DNA of 64,000 bases from Eledone cirrhosa (GCA_964016885.1 OZ024741.1:351602001-351666000), one strand, 5' to 3'. Positions 1-12,949 are shown, numbered from the stretch's first letter. Numbers and translations: made by a program. Notes: a model not told the origin generated them from the sequence alone.

Positions 1-190
1 TTGAGCAAAACATTTCATTTCACGTTGCTCCAGTATACTCAGCTGAAAATGAGTACCAGCAATAGCTGGGGGTTTAACCCTGCCATGGACTGGCGTCCTG
101 TCAAGAGGGGGAGGGGGTGTCTTGTACTCTCACTCACTTCACGCCATGAAACCGGGATAAGCACCGGTCAAATGAGCCTTCTGGCTTAAG
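1..190 (+). mobile_element. SINE fragment (central/3' part, Nin/Deu-domain-like), cut by the window edge
   Basis: Blocks 'gctccagt..actcagctgaaaatgagtacc', 'cctgccatggactggcgtcc' and 'gaaaccgggataagc' resemble conserved central domains of invertebrate tRNA-SINEs. It ends next to a (TA)n tract. Confidence 0.55.
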
Positions 191-472
191 ACAGACTTTA
201 GACATATATATATATATATATATAGTGGCTAGGTTCACGAACTTTGTTTGGGCCTTCCCACTTATATACACGGTGATGTACACAATTAATGTATAACAAC
301 ACACACACTCACATGTCCCCCTTGCCTAATTTTTATATTAACATTTTTTTTCTATTTTTCCACTGTACTCTCCTGGCGAAGGGCTAGTGTCCGATACGTT
401 GAACTCGTTTTTCTCTCTTTCATCTAAGTGTGAATCTAATAACATTAATTTTTTTGTATCTCTGTGTATGCC

Positions 473-503
<31 letters not shown>

Positions 504-1105
504 ATGTATATGTATATATATATATAATAGAAATAGGATTTAGCTTCAAGCATAGCTGTAGACAGATATGTATAGAAATTTCGTATTTCTAAAGAAACAC
601 GGTATGTTTACAGATATATATATCAATGTGTAAATTTATATACGCAGTCTCGGTTACTTCTATTCTGTATATATACAGGTATAACTTTATCATATACTTA
701 GACAGCTTAGTGCACACCTTAATATATATCTCAACTACCCATATAAGCGCTAATGATATGCAAATTAGTATGTCCATTTCAGGATACTACTATTTTTTCA
801 GTTTACATGGAAATATGTATATTTGGCATGCTTACAGATCTAAAATGTGTATGTAGCTTTATATACTCATTTATTGTATACTAACAGAGGTACCCGACAA
901 TGCCTAGGTATTTTATGAAAGTATTTTGGCACATATTACAAAATATTGGACCAATGAAATATGATTGCTGTATTTTAACTTAATTAGGAATTATAGTAGA
1001 ATATTTATTGTTGCTTGTTCAAAGAAAATCATCTAGATAACAATATTAGTTTTGTCCAGTGGTGTTGTTTTGAATATTATTCCCTATTACAGTCAGTATA
1101 TATAA

Positions 1106-1290
1106 TTGTTTCTACTCTAGGCACAAGGCCAGCAATTACCCAGTGCATTACTGGTACTTTATTTTATCGACCCCGTAGGGATGAAAGGCAAAGTCAACCT
1201 TGGCGAGATTTGAACTCAGATCGTAAAGGGACGTAACTATGCTGGAAAGCATGGCGTACGACCCTCCACCGATACTGCCAATCCACCGCC
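1106..1290 (-). mobile_element. tRNA-derived SINE (CORE-type, resembling common octopus SINEs)
   Basis: The minus strand starts GGCGGTGGATTGGCAGTATCGG (A-box-like) and has GAGTTCAAATC (B-box), then 'gactttgcctttcatcc..ggggtcgataaaataaagtaccagt'. A second copy lies at 61771-61875. Confidence 0.8.
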
Positions 1291-1863
1291 AGTATATATA
1301 ATGCTTAGATGAATCATTAGGTATGTTGTCAGTTTAAAGGACATGAACAAAAAAACATTTAGATTTATCTTCTTATTTTTTTGTGCATTCAGAACCTCTG
1401 AAATTCAAAACAATACCTGAAGCCTATTTTGAAAACCATAAATAAAATGAAATAAAAAAAATAATGTTAGCATTGGCTCATGAATGAACTATTATGAAGC
1501 ATTTACTTACTCATTTCTGTAATTCAGGAAAGTGTGCTTAGATTTTTATACTGTAGCTTTCACTCACCTTTACCTCAAAGGCAGTAGGATCGTGTTTGAG
1601 GGAGATTTGTTTTCTATTTCTGTTGGCTCCCATAACATACATACATGCACATATATGCGTGTGTGTGTAAGACAGTTGGCTGTGATTTGAAAGGGATTTT
1701 GCTAATGTTTCTAGTAGATTGAGTATTACATAGAACATTTCCTTTTTGCTTCATACATATATACATACATGAGACAGTAGGGTGAGATTTGAAGGAAATG
1801 TGGATGTTATTTCTAGCAGGTGTAGCTAGCTACCACACAAAGATCTCACTTATACTATTTTAT

Positions 1864-2370
1864 ATAGCAGAAATACCCAGGAATACTTGCATATTCTCAC
1901 AAAGCAACACTATACACTAAAGTTGCGACTTCAGAATTTCTTACAAACTATATGACTAAGGAATTAGGATCTGTGTGTATTGTCATTGAATGAGGAATTA
2001 CTATATTGCTCATTCCAACTCTGGATAAACAACATTCTTGGTTTTGCCCTATGGTGATACAATGAAGAGACAATCAGGGTTTTCAACCTTTGTGGTATCA
2101 ACATGGAGTTGACCATGTGAAAAGACAGGATCTGCCAAGTTCAACTCAACAACCCTTGAGATTTATTGATGGCCATAGCAAAACTGAGACTGACAGGAAA
2201 TTGAAGCCTTTCAAATTCAAATGGCAAATCTGTTGGCTTCAGAGGTATTCCGGGAATGAAATAATTGTCACTAGCAAATTTTCCTGGTATGATTACGACT
2301 TCTAGGACATTGGGCATCATATTTTTGATGATGAGTCTTGTGGCATTGCAAAGTTTTAGAGGATCCAGTC
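1864..2370 (-). mobile_element. Helitron 3' fragment: Pif1-type helicase C-terminus (pseudogenised)
   Basis: My minus-strand translation gives DPLKLCNATRLIIKNMMPNVLE..FIPGIPLKPTDLPFEFERLQFPVSLSFAMAINKSQG, a frameshift, then LNLADPVFSHGQLHV..GKTKNVVYPE, which are RepHel C-terminal motifs. A degenerate terminus lies near 1864. Confidence 0.88.
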
Positions 2371-2568
2371 AACGAAGTAACATAACCGATGCTTCTTTCG
2401 ATATGCATAAGGAAATTTTTACAATTGAATTTAAATAGATTCCTTGCTTCATAAATCAAAAATATTTTACCATTACTTGTTCGATCTAATGAATATATAT
2501 ATGTAATTTGTGGGTGTCCGTACGCTAGTTCCTGAGTTTTAGGCGGACACACAGAATCAAACACTTTC

Positions 2569-2609
2569 ATCTATCTATCTATCTATCTATCTACCTATCT
2601 ATCTATCTA

Positions 2610-2658
<49 letters not shown>

Positions 2659-2765
2659 AAAGAAATACGGTTTTAGGAAGCCGTGGCTATGCAAACACCG
2701 AGGGGCTAACGCCCTCCGGTGATGTCCAGCAGAAGCAAGGGGGACAACCGTCTATGCATTTCAGA

Positions 2766-2852
<87 letters not shown>
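2569..2852. repeat. Compound microsatellites: (CTAT)n-(CT)n-(TA)n, then (TA)n, flanking a ~110-bp unique insert
   Basis: Directly visible at 2569-2656 and 2769-2852. Confidence 0.95.
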
Positions 2853-2854
<2 letters not shown>

Positions 2855-3312
2855 TGTAACCATCGTTTGAAAACGACTTTTTCTTTTTTTAAATGCATAT
2901 AATGTTACCTTTTTACACCAACGTTTGCAAATTTCTGTCTTATATGTTTATACACTAGATATGACTTTCTATAATAATAGTACTAAACACTGTTTTTCTG
3001 GACCCCTTTAGAAATAACCTGCTACTATAATAGCCCTAATAACTTGTCTGTGACATTGTACCACTTTGACCCCTCTAACTAAATTTTGTCCGAACAACAC
3101 CACTAGAAGTATCTACTTCCCAGCCAACCTTAGCACGCCTCATTAAGCTAACTGCTGCCAAAACATTCTCTCTTCACAATCTCTACTAGTCTGACAGTCT
3201 TAAACCCTAAGACTCCCTCCACCTTACTCACTTCCCTCTTCCCCTTCTCTTCCTACCTCCTTCTTTATCTTTTATCTAGTGTATAAAATATTTTCATACC
3301 ATTCTAATACAA

Positions 3313-3430
3313 AGGTCTGATGACATTGGTGTGTTGGCTTACAGTGTACTTTCGGTTTTTGATAATATTTGTGTATTATTCAAATAGCGAGGTATAGGTA
3401 ACTCATACACTATAGAAACAATTGTTACCT
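3313..3430 (+). ncRNA. Type I hammerhead ribozyme motif with a long helix II
   Basis: AGGT-CTGATGA-[~90-nt irregular hairpin]-GAAAC-AATT-GTT-ACCT. Helix I is AGGT/ACCT, the core is canonical, helix III is the palindrome ACAATTGT, and AATAAA follows immediately. Confidence 0.72.
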
Positions 3431-3471
3431 AATAAATTCTATATACCCGCATTTCCATTTCGTAAATTTTT

Positions 3472-3505
<34 letters not shown>

Positions 3506-3511
3506 ATATAT

Positions 3512-3585
<74 letters not shown>

Positions 3586-3716
3586 GATAAATCTACCAAG
3601 AGTTTACGGTAGTGTCCAATCCGTATGAAGAACTCAATGTATTCCGGATATCATGGAAAGAAGAGATGTAATGAAAAACCACTTTCGGTGAAAGATAAAC
3701 GGTATACAGAGTCAAG

Positions 3717-4032
<316 letters not shown>

Positions 4033-4240
4033 CGTATCGAGAGAGAGAAAAAAGGAGGGATAGGTGATACATGTAGTTATTTGCCAAATAGCGTATGCAG
4101 AAAGTGCTCAATACTAGTGCCGGCAGTATTAAATATTAGAAGTGTTAATATTTAGTGGGCGAGAGAATTAGAAGAGCGTAACTACGTGGAAAAGTAAGAA
4201 ATAGGAGAACAGACCGTTAATACATGTTTATTTAAAACAG

Positions 4241-4280
4241 CACCTACGTACGTTTCGCTCGGATGGGCTTCTCAAGGGCA
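4241..4280 (-). ncRNA. Minimal type I hammerhead motif (U3-A8 variant) in the left pseudo-LTR
   Basis: Minus strand: CC-TTGAGAA-GCCCatccGAGC-GAAAC-GTAC-GTA-GG, with palindromic helix III ACGTACGT. Confidence 0.62.
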
Positions 4281-4655
4281 TAAATAACTAAAAGTGTTCC
4301 TTACATGGCCCACGAAAGTGTTTTTGGAGGTAAGTTCACGTCAGAGTTCATTCTTTGCAAAAAAAAAAGTGTTTTGATTTTGCAGTAGGTCAAGGGAGGT
4401 AACTCTGGCCGGTGTTAGGGCAGTCTTTCTCGGACAAATTTTTTATCCGTTACAAGATGTGGTTATAACCTTACCATTGTCGATACGCACAGGGTCTGGT
4501 AAGCAACGTTTGTTTTGAGACGTTTGTTTTTTGCACCTGCTCGCCTGGGTCATTTGAAGCTGGGTCTAGGATGCATGGTTAGTTTCCGGATGTTTTTTGC
4601 AGCGCCTGCCCGCCGGGGTGTTAAAGCTTGTTGCGGGGAGACCCGGTATACGGTT

Positions 4656-5111
4656 TCACTCCTCATCCTTCTCCCATCTGAAGAAGGATATTTTTAAGCG
4701 ATGTGTACAGCTTATCGTCGTTTCAGCTCTGCTGTTGATGAGCTCGTGGGGTGCCGTTATGATGTGGTAGAGCTCCATGAGGCAAAGATCGCACTTCCTC
4801 TTGAAGTTGTACGGTGCAGCCCTGCCGACAATATCCCAGTGCGTGGAGAAGTTGATGTTTAAGTCTTTTAATGATGTGATGTAGTCCGCGAGCGAAGTGG
4901 AGTGTCTTAATTTCTTATTTGTGAAAGAGTGATGTATTCGAAATCTAAGTTTGAACGGGCCAGAGGTAGCCTCTATATAATGTTTAACGCTATTGTGGCT
5001 AGTTACAGTGCACTTATATATAACCTTATCAGTCAAGCAGTATCCCCCAAGGGGACAGCGTCCCCTGTCGCGGCAGTTGCAATTTCTGTCGCGGTCCCTT
5101 CTAATTCCCAC
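4656..5111 (-). pseudogene. Inverted duplicate of the GIY-YIG endonuclease domain (part of the pseudo-LTR)
   Basis: CNCRDRGRCPLGGYCLTDKVIYKC..HYIEAT..CDLCLMELY is nearly identical to the product of ~6915-7372. Confidence 0.9.
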
Positions 5112-5139
5112 GGTAAGGCTATCATTATTGCTATCTACT

Positions 5140-7372
5140 AATCTTACCTATATCAGATGTAGAGGGACATATAAGTCTAATAGAGAAACTTTCATTAAAG
5201 TTACATTAGATTAGTAAAGTGATCCTCGATAGAGTACTACTGGAGCTTAATAGAAAGGCTAAGGTCTGCCTCTGGGGCAACACCGACCAGGTCATAAATT
5301 GGTTCACCGAGTTGCCTGATACAGCGACCTTGAAGTTCATCCAGTTTGACATAGATAGTTACTACGCCTCTATCTCCCCCATACTCTTAAATAAGGCACT
5401 CATATTAGCTAAATCTAACACTAGCCTCACTAAAAAAGAAATAGACATAGTTCTAGCGGCGCGTAGAACCATTATCCAGTTCGAAGGCTCCCACTGGACC
5501 AGAACCAACCGTCCTGATAACTTCGATATCACGATGGGGTCCAACGACTCAGCGCAAGCAACTGACCTGGTCGGAATATACCGCCTCCATAAGCTTAGGG
5601 ACGAGATACCGGCCCTACAAGGAGGTGTATATGGGACGACGCCCTGTTTACCGTTAGGAACCATAGCCCTCGTAGGATAGAGAACCTTAACAAGCATATA
5701 CACAGGTTCTTCAAGTCATATGGCCTATCCGTAACTATAGACCTCAACCACCAGGTTGTCAACTTCCTGTACGTGACCCTGGAGTTGAGTACGGGCCTAT
5801 ACAAGCCATACCATAAGCCTGGAGAGAGCCTTTCTTATATTAATTATGCCTCCAATCACCCTAAGCAGACTCTCAACTGCATAGTCTATAGCATCTCACA
5901 TAGGATCTCGAGGCTCTCCGCCAATGAGGATATCTTCAACCAAGCGGCAGATTACTACAATAGGGCCTTGATAAGCGCTGGCTTTAACCGAGGAATTTCC
6001 TACATCCCTAACGCTAGCTCCAGAAACCACCCCCCTCATAAGACGAACGTTATAGTAAGCCATACCTATAACCGATCACGCGGCGACTTCGTAGGAGTCG
6101 GATATAATAGTATAGATAATCACACTAAGGAACACGGCCGCAACGTTAATTACACTGGCGAAGGTATAGGTAACTTACCGCACAATAAAGATCACGACCC
6201 CGGTGACAGTGACCACTGTAGCCTACTCGAATTATTCCCCTACTATAAAATCAACAAAGGCGACGGCTTACTACCAACGCCTTCCAACCAACATCTTCCT
6301 GTACATAAACATAGAAGAAGGAAGAAGAGTGCACCCGAGCATAAAGTGAAAGGGGCACGTAACGGGCTACAGCGCATTAACATGCATAAGAACGGTCACC
6401 TTGATGGGACCACCCGTAGCAAACGTACAAGGATACGTAATCGCCACCGTAACGTCCTATGGTTCCATCCCCCTACTCTCGGAGTGTGGCCTCCAACATA
6501 CCCCGGATATTCTTCGAAGCCTTAGAGAAGAACTTCCCACCCAACCATAGGCATAGAAAAATCCTTAATAGGAACAATATAAAAATATCCTTCTCTACTA
6601 CTCCTAACCTAGCAGACATCATAGGAACAACTAATCACAGTAAGATCACCAAGACACAGCACTTTAGCACAGACGCACCTACACCTGACAATAACTATAT
6701 CGGCCTTAACGACTCCCTAGCTACATCCAATAGTGCTGGCAACAGCCTCCACAGACACAACCAGCATAACCGCGACATGACTGGTAAACATGCAGGACAT
6801 GACGTGCGGAATAATAATGGTACCACCCCACGCGCAGTGGGTTATAATGGTGCTAACGACAGGTGCGGGAGCGTAGATAACAACATAGATAGCAATAATG
6901 ATAGCCTTACCGTGGGATTTAGAAGAGACCGCGACAGAAATTGCAACTGCCACGACAGGGGACGCTGCCCCTTTAGGGGATACTGCTTGACTGATAGGGT
7001 TTTATATATATGTGCACTGTAACTAGCCACAATAGCGTTAAACATTATATAGGGGCTACCTCTGGCCCGTTCAAAATTAGATTTCGAACACATCTCCACT
7101 CTTTCACAAATAAGAAATTAAGACACTCCACCTCGCTCGCGGACTACATCACATCATTAAAAGACTTAAACATCAGCTTCTCCACGCACTGGTATATTGT
7201 CGGCAGGGCTGCACCGTACAACTTCAAGAGGAAGTGTGATCTTTGCCTCATGGAGCTCTACCACATCATAACGGCACCCCATGAGCTCGTCAACAGCAGA
7301 GCTGAAACGACGATAAGCTGTACACATCGCTTAAAAATATCCTTCTTCAGATGGGAGAAGGATGAGGAGTGA
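5140..7372 (+). pseudogene. Penelope-like RT/GIY-YIG polyprotein, frameshifted
   Basis: ORF pieces 5219-5680, 5773-6525, 6459-7022 and 7010-7372 are collinear parts of one protein broken by frameshifts. Confidence 0.9.
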
Positions 7373-7604
7373 AACCGTATACCGGGTCTCCCTGCAACAA
7401 GCTTTAACACCCCGGCGGGCAGGCGCTGCAAAAACATCCGGAAACTAACCATGCATCCCAGACCCAGCTTCAAATGACCCAGGCGGGCAGGTGTAAAAAA
7501 CAAACGTCTCAAAACAAACGTTTTTTGCGAAGAATGAACTCTGACGTGAACTTACCTCCAAAAACACTTTCGTGGGCCATGTTAGGAACACTTTTAGTTA
7601 TTTA

Positions 7605-7644
7605 TGCCTTGAGAAGCCCATCCGGGCCAAACGTACGTAGGTGG
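7605..7644 (+). ncRNA. Minimal type I hammerhead motif (U3-A8 variant, G12 mutated) in the right pseudo-LTR
   Basis: GCC-TTGAGAA-GCCCatccGGGC-CAAAC-GTAC-GTA-GGT. Helix II is perfect but GAAA is changed to CAAA. Confidence 0.55.
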
Positions 7645-8369
7645 TGTTTTAAATAAACATGTATTAACGGTCTGTTCTCCTATTTCTTACTTTTCCACGT
7701 ATATATATATATACAGAGAGAGAGAGGGAGAGAGAGAGGGGGGGGGGGAGATATGCAGGTATAACTTAATCATATACTTCGGTTACTCAGCATACAAGTT
7801 TATCTATATATATATATTTTTTTTTTATGAGTACTGTGGTAATATATATATATATATATATAATGGAAAAATTTGAACAGGGACGAAACAGAGAGGCAGT
7901 ACAACGAATGTTTATTAATTTCTACCACAGTACTCATAAAAATGTCGGGGTTTACCGTAAAAAATATTTAATTTAATAATTCCTTGGTTAGAAATATGTA
8001 AAAATGCTTAAATTTTCGAGTTTCCTCTCGTCACTGGCGATTGTCGAATTTCATCTTACGTTCATGTAAATCGATTGCAATAATATTTTCCATACATTCA
8101 GTAATCATTATCAAACATACCTATCAAATTCCGATTAATCTTTTTCTGCCGATGTATCTGTCTATCTTCGAACTGTTATTGGTATTTTTACTATGTTGTT
8201 GTTGTTATTGTTGTTCTTGTCCGAAGAGAGATGCATTGGTAAATATATAACTATAAGCAGAGAGTCAGATAAGCAGATAGACAGTCGGATAGACAGATGG
8301 ATTGACAGTTAGATATGTATACTGAAAGAGAGATTAATAGATAGATAGACAGATAAATAGATAGATATA

Positions 8370-9148
8370 TTTCTTTATTAGCCACAAGGGCGCACAAGAA
8401 AAGGGGTCAAAACAAGGACACATGGCGGGCATTTTACATATAATCGTTTTAAAATATTGAAACAAACAAATTTAACAATCGAACTCCCAATAGGGGAGAG
8501 GCGCCACAAATGGGTTGTTTAATACCCCCTCGATAGAACAACCCTCAACTTCAGGAGCGTGTTGTGCAAGTGCTCCTTTCCTCCTTTTGCTTTCTTCTTC
8601 AACCTACAGATTTATATACAGAGAAGGCCCAATCACTCGAGCCATTTTTGCCACATTCACTCACCTTTCAGTAAATTTACTGGGGTGCAGTGCCTCTCTC
8701 TCCACTCTGATTCTCCTTCTAAAGTGGTACCTAAAGAAGGGAATGAGTTGTTGTCCGGAGAGAAAGGCATCTGTCCTCAGTCCTCTCAATCTCGTCCACC
8801 ATATAACCTCTTTCACCATAGCCCCTATACAGAGGAAAACCGCCTCTCTTTCGTTTTTGAAAGAAGTTGGTGGTTTGATCCTTACTATGGACTCGGCAAT
8901 CAACCGGATTTGTCCCATACGCGACATCAGTTGTTCTGCGTAGTTCCACAGGTCGGTTACGCCCGGGCAGTGTACAATTGCATGCAAGACAGTTTCAATT
9001 CCCTGTTCGCATGTTGGACACGTCCTTTTGGCAGGATCTCTGCCAGGGCGTCCGTGCTTGTAGATTTTGTCTCGAACTGGTAGAGCTCCTCGGTAGCATT
9101 GCCAAGCCAGAGAACTCTGGAAGTTATCCATAGGCCCTGGACGGAAGG
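8370..9148 (-). mobile_element. 5'-truncated Tx1/L1-clade LINE (ORF2 C-terminal zinc finger + 3' UTR)
   Basis: CPTCEQGIETVLHAIVHC (zf-RVT-like). It is a close paralog of 9218-9995 and ends in aataaagaaat at a degenerate GATA tract. Confidence 0.9.

Positions 9149-9217
<69 letters not shown>
9149..9217. repeat. (GATA)n microsatellite between two LINE copies
   Basis: Directly visible. Confidence 0.97.
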
Positions 9218-9449
9218 TTCTTTATTTGCCACAAGGGCGCACAAGAAAAGGGGACAATACAAAGACATGTCGGGGATTTTACATACAGTCGTGTAAAAAA
9301 TATAGAACAAACAATTACAACAATCGAAATCCCCAATAGGGGGGAAGCGCCACAAATGGGTTGTTTAATACCCCATCGATAGAACAACCCTCAACTCCAG
9401 GAGCGTGTTGTGCAAGTGCTCCTTTCTTCCTTTTGCTCTCTTTTTCAAC

Positions 9450-12400
9450 CTACAGGCTTATAAACAGAGAAGGCCCAATCACTCGGGCCATTTTTGCCAC
9501 ATTCACCCACTTTTCAATAAATTTACTGGGGTGCAGTGCCTCTCTCTCCACTCTGATTCTCCTTCTAAAGTGATACTTAAAGAAAGGAATCAATTGTTGT
9601 CCGGAGAGAAAGGCATATGTCCTCAGTCCTCTCAATCTAGTCCACCATATAACCTCTTTCACCATAGCCACTGTACAGAGGAAAACCGCCTCTCTTTCGT
9701 TTTTGAAAGAGGCTGGCGGTTTGATCCTTACTATGGACTCGGCAATCAACCGGATTTGTCCCATACGCGACATCAGTTGTTCTGCGTAGTTCCACAGGTC
9801 GGTTACGCCCGGGCAGTGTACAATTGCGTACAAGACAGTTTCAATGTCCTGTGCGCATGTTGGACACGTCCTCTTGGAAGGATCCCTGCCGGGGCGTCCG
9901 TGTCTGTAGATCTTGTCACGAACCGGTAGAGCTCCTCGGTAGCACTGCCAGGCCAGGGACCTCTGGAAGTTATCCATAGGTCCCGGGCGGAAAGTCCTAC
10001 CAAACAGACTGGTGAGCTCATCGTCTTCGACGCCCAGAGTCTCTCCGAGCACGTCGTCGCCCTTGTAACGTACAATCCCTCTATAGAATGTCGAAATGGA
10101 GTCTCCACTGATTGCTGCGCCCGCTTGCCAGAGGATTGTGAGCGCCTGAGCGTATTCAATGCGCCAGGCGCCCATCGTTTTCGGTCTTTTCTTGACCCAG
10201 GACTACAGCTCTGTCAGTGAGACGAGCTGCGGGAAAGCCTGTCTCACAAACGGTGCCCACACCGGTTGGGGGTCGGTGAGGAATACCTGGAGATGCCGCA
10301 GCCTCAGCGCATGTTTGCGCATCATCAGCCACGGCATTCCCAGCCCTCCGTTGGAAGGGTGCTGACAGCAGACGGATCTCCTCACCAGCGGAGCCTGCTT
10401 CTTCCACAGAAACTGGAAGAGCATGCGTTCCATCTTGGCGAGGTGTTCACGGGGACAAGGCACGACAGTCAAGCGGTAGTAGATGACGGACGCTATGAAA
10501 GTGTTCGCCACCTCCGCTCGACCTTTCAAGGACAGTTTGTACTCTGTCCACTTCTGGGTGAGCGCAAACACCTTGGCCGTTACCTCGTTCCAGATTTTCT
10601 CCACCTGGAGGTCTGGACCGAACCAGACCCCGAGCAATTTCACCGGTCCGTCCGTCCAGCGTCCAACGACGTTGTAGGACGTCATCGGTTTGCCTCTCCA
10701 CGTACTGAGTTGCAAACCGACAGACTTGTCCGGGTTTAGTTTTGCTCCCGTCAGCGTTTCGTATTCTTTCAGTAAGTTGCCGATCACCCCGATATCCGAG
10801 GTGCTCAACACCATCACCGTCACGTCGTCAGCATAAGCCGACGCCGCTTTGCGCAGTCCCGGTTCTAGAGGGATACCCTGCAACAGCTCCAATTTCCGCA
10901 GTAGTGGCTCTAGAGTCAATACATACAGAATGGAGGAGAGAGGGCATCCTTGTCGAATGGAACGCGTGATTGCGAACCGCTCCGATAGGTAGCCGTTGAC
11001 CTTGACCCTCGAGCAGATGCTGGTGTGCATCGCCTCGATTCAGCCTCTGAAAACGGGACCGAAACCGGCCGCCTTGAGAAGCGCTTCCAAGTATCGATGG
11101 TCGACCCTATCGAATGCCTTAGACTGATCCAAATTGATCAGAGCCCCACCGAAGCCGGGTTTACTGCCCACCCTCTCTATGATGTATCGCATGAGGTGGA
11201 GGTTGTCGTGTATGGACCTGGTCGGAGTTGCACACGTTTGCGCTTTCCCTACCAGGTTCTAGACGACAAGCGCCAACCTCGTCGCTAGCACCTTGACCAA
11301 AATCTTTAACTCTGTGTTGAGCAGAGTTATGGGCCTGAAGTTGTTAATTTCGCCCCCCTTGTTCTCGTCTTTCCTGATCAGCGTTACTACGCCCTTGCCT
11401 GCAGAACTGGGAATTCTCCCGGTTTCCTGCCAATTGCAGTAGACGGCCTTGAGGACGCCAGAGAACAAGTCCGGCATGCCTATGTAAAACTCATAGGGTA
11501 GACCATCTAGACCGGGTGACCTGCGTTTCCCGCAGCGGCCCAGAGCGTTCCGTATCTCAGTCTCCGTGATCGGTCTTTCCCAGAACTCGGCGTCCGTGTT
11601 CGAGAGACGCGGCAAGCCGTCGAGGTATGAACTAAAGTCCATTGTCCTGTTCGGCTCACCGTCGTTCTGCTCAAACAGTCGTGCAAAGTGCTGCTGAAAG
11701 GCCGCGCACATTCGCTTGGTGTCAAGTATCACGCGTCCGTTTTAGTATTTCAAAGAGCGAATCGTGGAATTGTTGCCACTTTTTGCCTCCGCCACTCGGG
11801 CCCAGCTGACAGCTTTCGCTCCTTCGTTTCCTAGAGCACATGTTTTGCTTCGCGTCGAAGAACTACTCTAGTGCCGTTCTCGACGCTAACACTCTAGCCG
11901 CGTTGCCACTTCTAAGTGCCTTCTCTACCTTGGCTACTAGTTCTCTTTCTATTTTTTTTTCTCTAAGGCTAACTCTCTGCTAAACTCTATCGATTCTACT
12001 TTAATTGCTTTCTTGAGAGAGTACCACCATCTATTGTTGACGATGGCTCCCGTTAACTGTTGCTTGACTAGTCTACTTATCCGTTCACTGTAAGCTTTAC
12101 GTGCCGGCAACGACTCGTTCATCTTCCAGTATCCCGGTCCCTGTCTATGTATTCTATCACGGTTGACTAAGCAGACGACTAATTTGTGATTAGAGTAGGC
12201 AACCATGTGCATTCGTGGACAGCTTAACATCTCCTTGTCCCTTTCTCTAATGAAGAACCTATCTAAATACGATCTAGATGTCCCGCTGCGGTTTGCCCAC
12301 GTCTACTGTGGTGCAGTCGGGAAATCCAGTCGATACCTATCGGCCAGTTGGAATTGGCCGATTAATGTTTTGAGGCTGTTGCACCTCCTTCTACTGGGAC

Positions 12401-12872
12401 ATGCTCCCACATAGTCCCATCGTGCATCTAGGATTCCATTCCAGTCCCCCACTAAAAGTAAGGAGCGAGATGTTCCCAGAAAAGACTCTAGACGCTTAAA
12501 GAAGTCTGGCCGTGATTGCGATTGCCCGGTCGGGGCATAAACGGCCACCAGTCTGAAGGCTGCACCTCCAATACTGTTCACGTCTAGGACTACCAGTCTA
12601 CCCTCCGGGTCCAAGTGTACTTGCTGTACTTCGACGTCCAGGTTCTTCCGAAACATGAGTGCCACTCCCCCTCCACTTCCTGGCTGACAGAGTGATGCGT
12701 AGATCTCAAAGTCGTGGAAGATGGGGGTTAGTTGCTGCCTATTGTGGATCCTGGACTCAGTGATGGCTAACACATCCATACCGTGTGACCTAAGGTCGTT
12801 TAAAAGTTGGCCCTGTTTCCAGGGCATCCCTAGGCCACGCACATTCACGCTTCCAACTCGTAAACTAGCCAT
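9450..12872 (-). pseudogene. LINE ORF2 (APE endonuclease - reverse transcriptase - zinc finger), disrupted
   Basis: MASLRVGSVNVRGL..AVYAP..VGDWN; YSNH..GPGYWKMN; SPGLDGLPYEFY; FRPITLLNTELKI; RQGCPLS; AYADD; GGLG; CPTC..ETV.YA..HC. Stops or frameshifts occur near 12303, 11950, 11740, 11030 and 10203. Confidence 0.93.
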
Positions 12873-12949
12873 GTTGGTGAAGAAGAGTTGGAGAAAAAGG
12901 AAGAAAAGGTACACTTACCTTTTCGTTTCCTGGAGATCGGGTTGTTCAA

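Larger units (their letters stand above)
4183..7701 (+). mobile_element. Penelope-like element (RT + GIY-YIG), 5'-truncated, with inverted pseudo-LTR
   Basis: RT motifs FIQFDIDSYYASI, FDITMGS, a frameshifted Y.DD, and YKPYHKP..SNHP. These are followed by CNC..CP..G.CL and GIY-YIG motifs (IYMC/HYIG..FK.R..H, CDLCL.E). 4183-5137 is an inverted copy of 6886-7701. Confidence 0.93.

Noticed and set aside
878-912. Isolated Helitron-like 3' terminus (similar to 17692-17722)
   Set aside because: It is too short and degenerate to delimit an element, and no linked coding remnant was recognised.
1200-1290. tRNA gene
   Set aside because: A/B boxes are present but there is no convincing cloverleaf, and it continues into a SINE body repeated elsewhere in the window.
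2657-2768. GC-rich hairpin (caccgaggggc..gccctccggtg) in a TA-flanked insert as a ribozyme
   Set aside because: I could not fit a hammerhead or HDV-like core on either strand.
8370-9995. ~780-bp direct repeat as an LTR pair or simple tandem duplication
   Set aside because: The repeats are LINE 3' ends with coding zinc-finger sequence. They lack TG..CA ends, have diverged 3' UTRs and are separated by a GATA tract.
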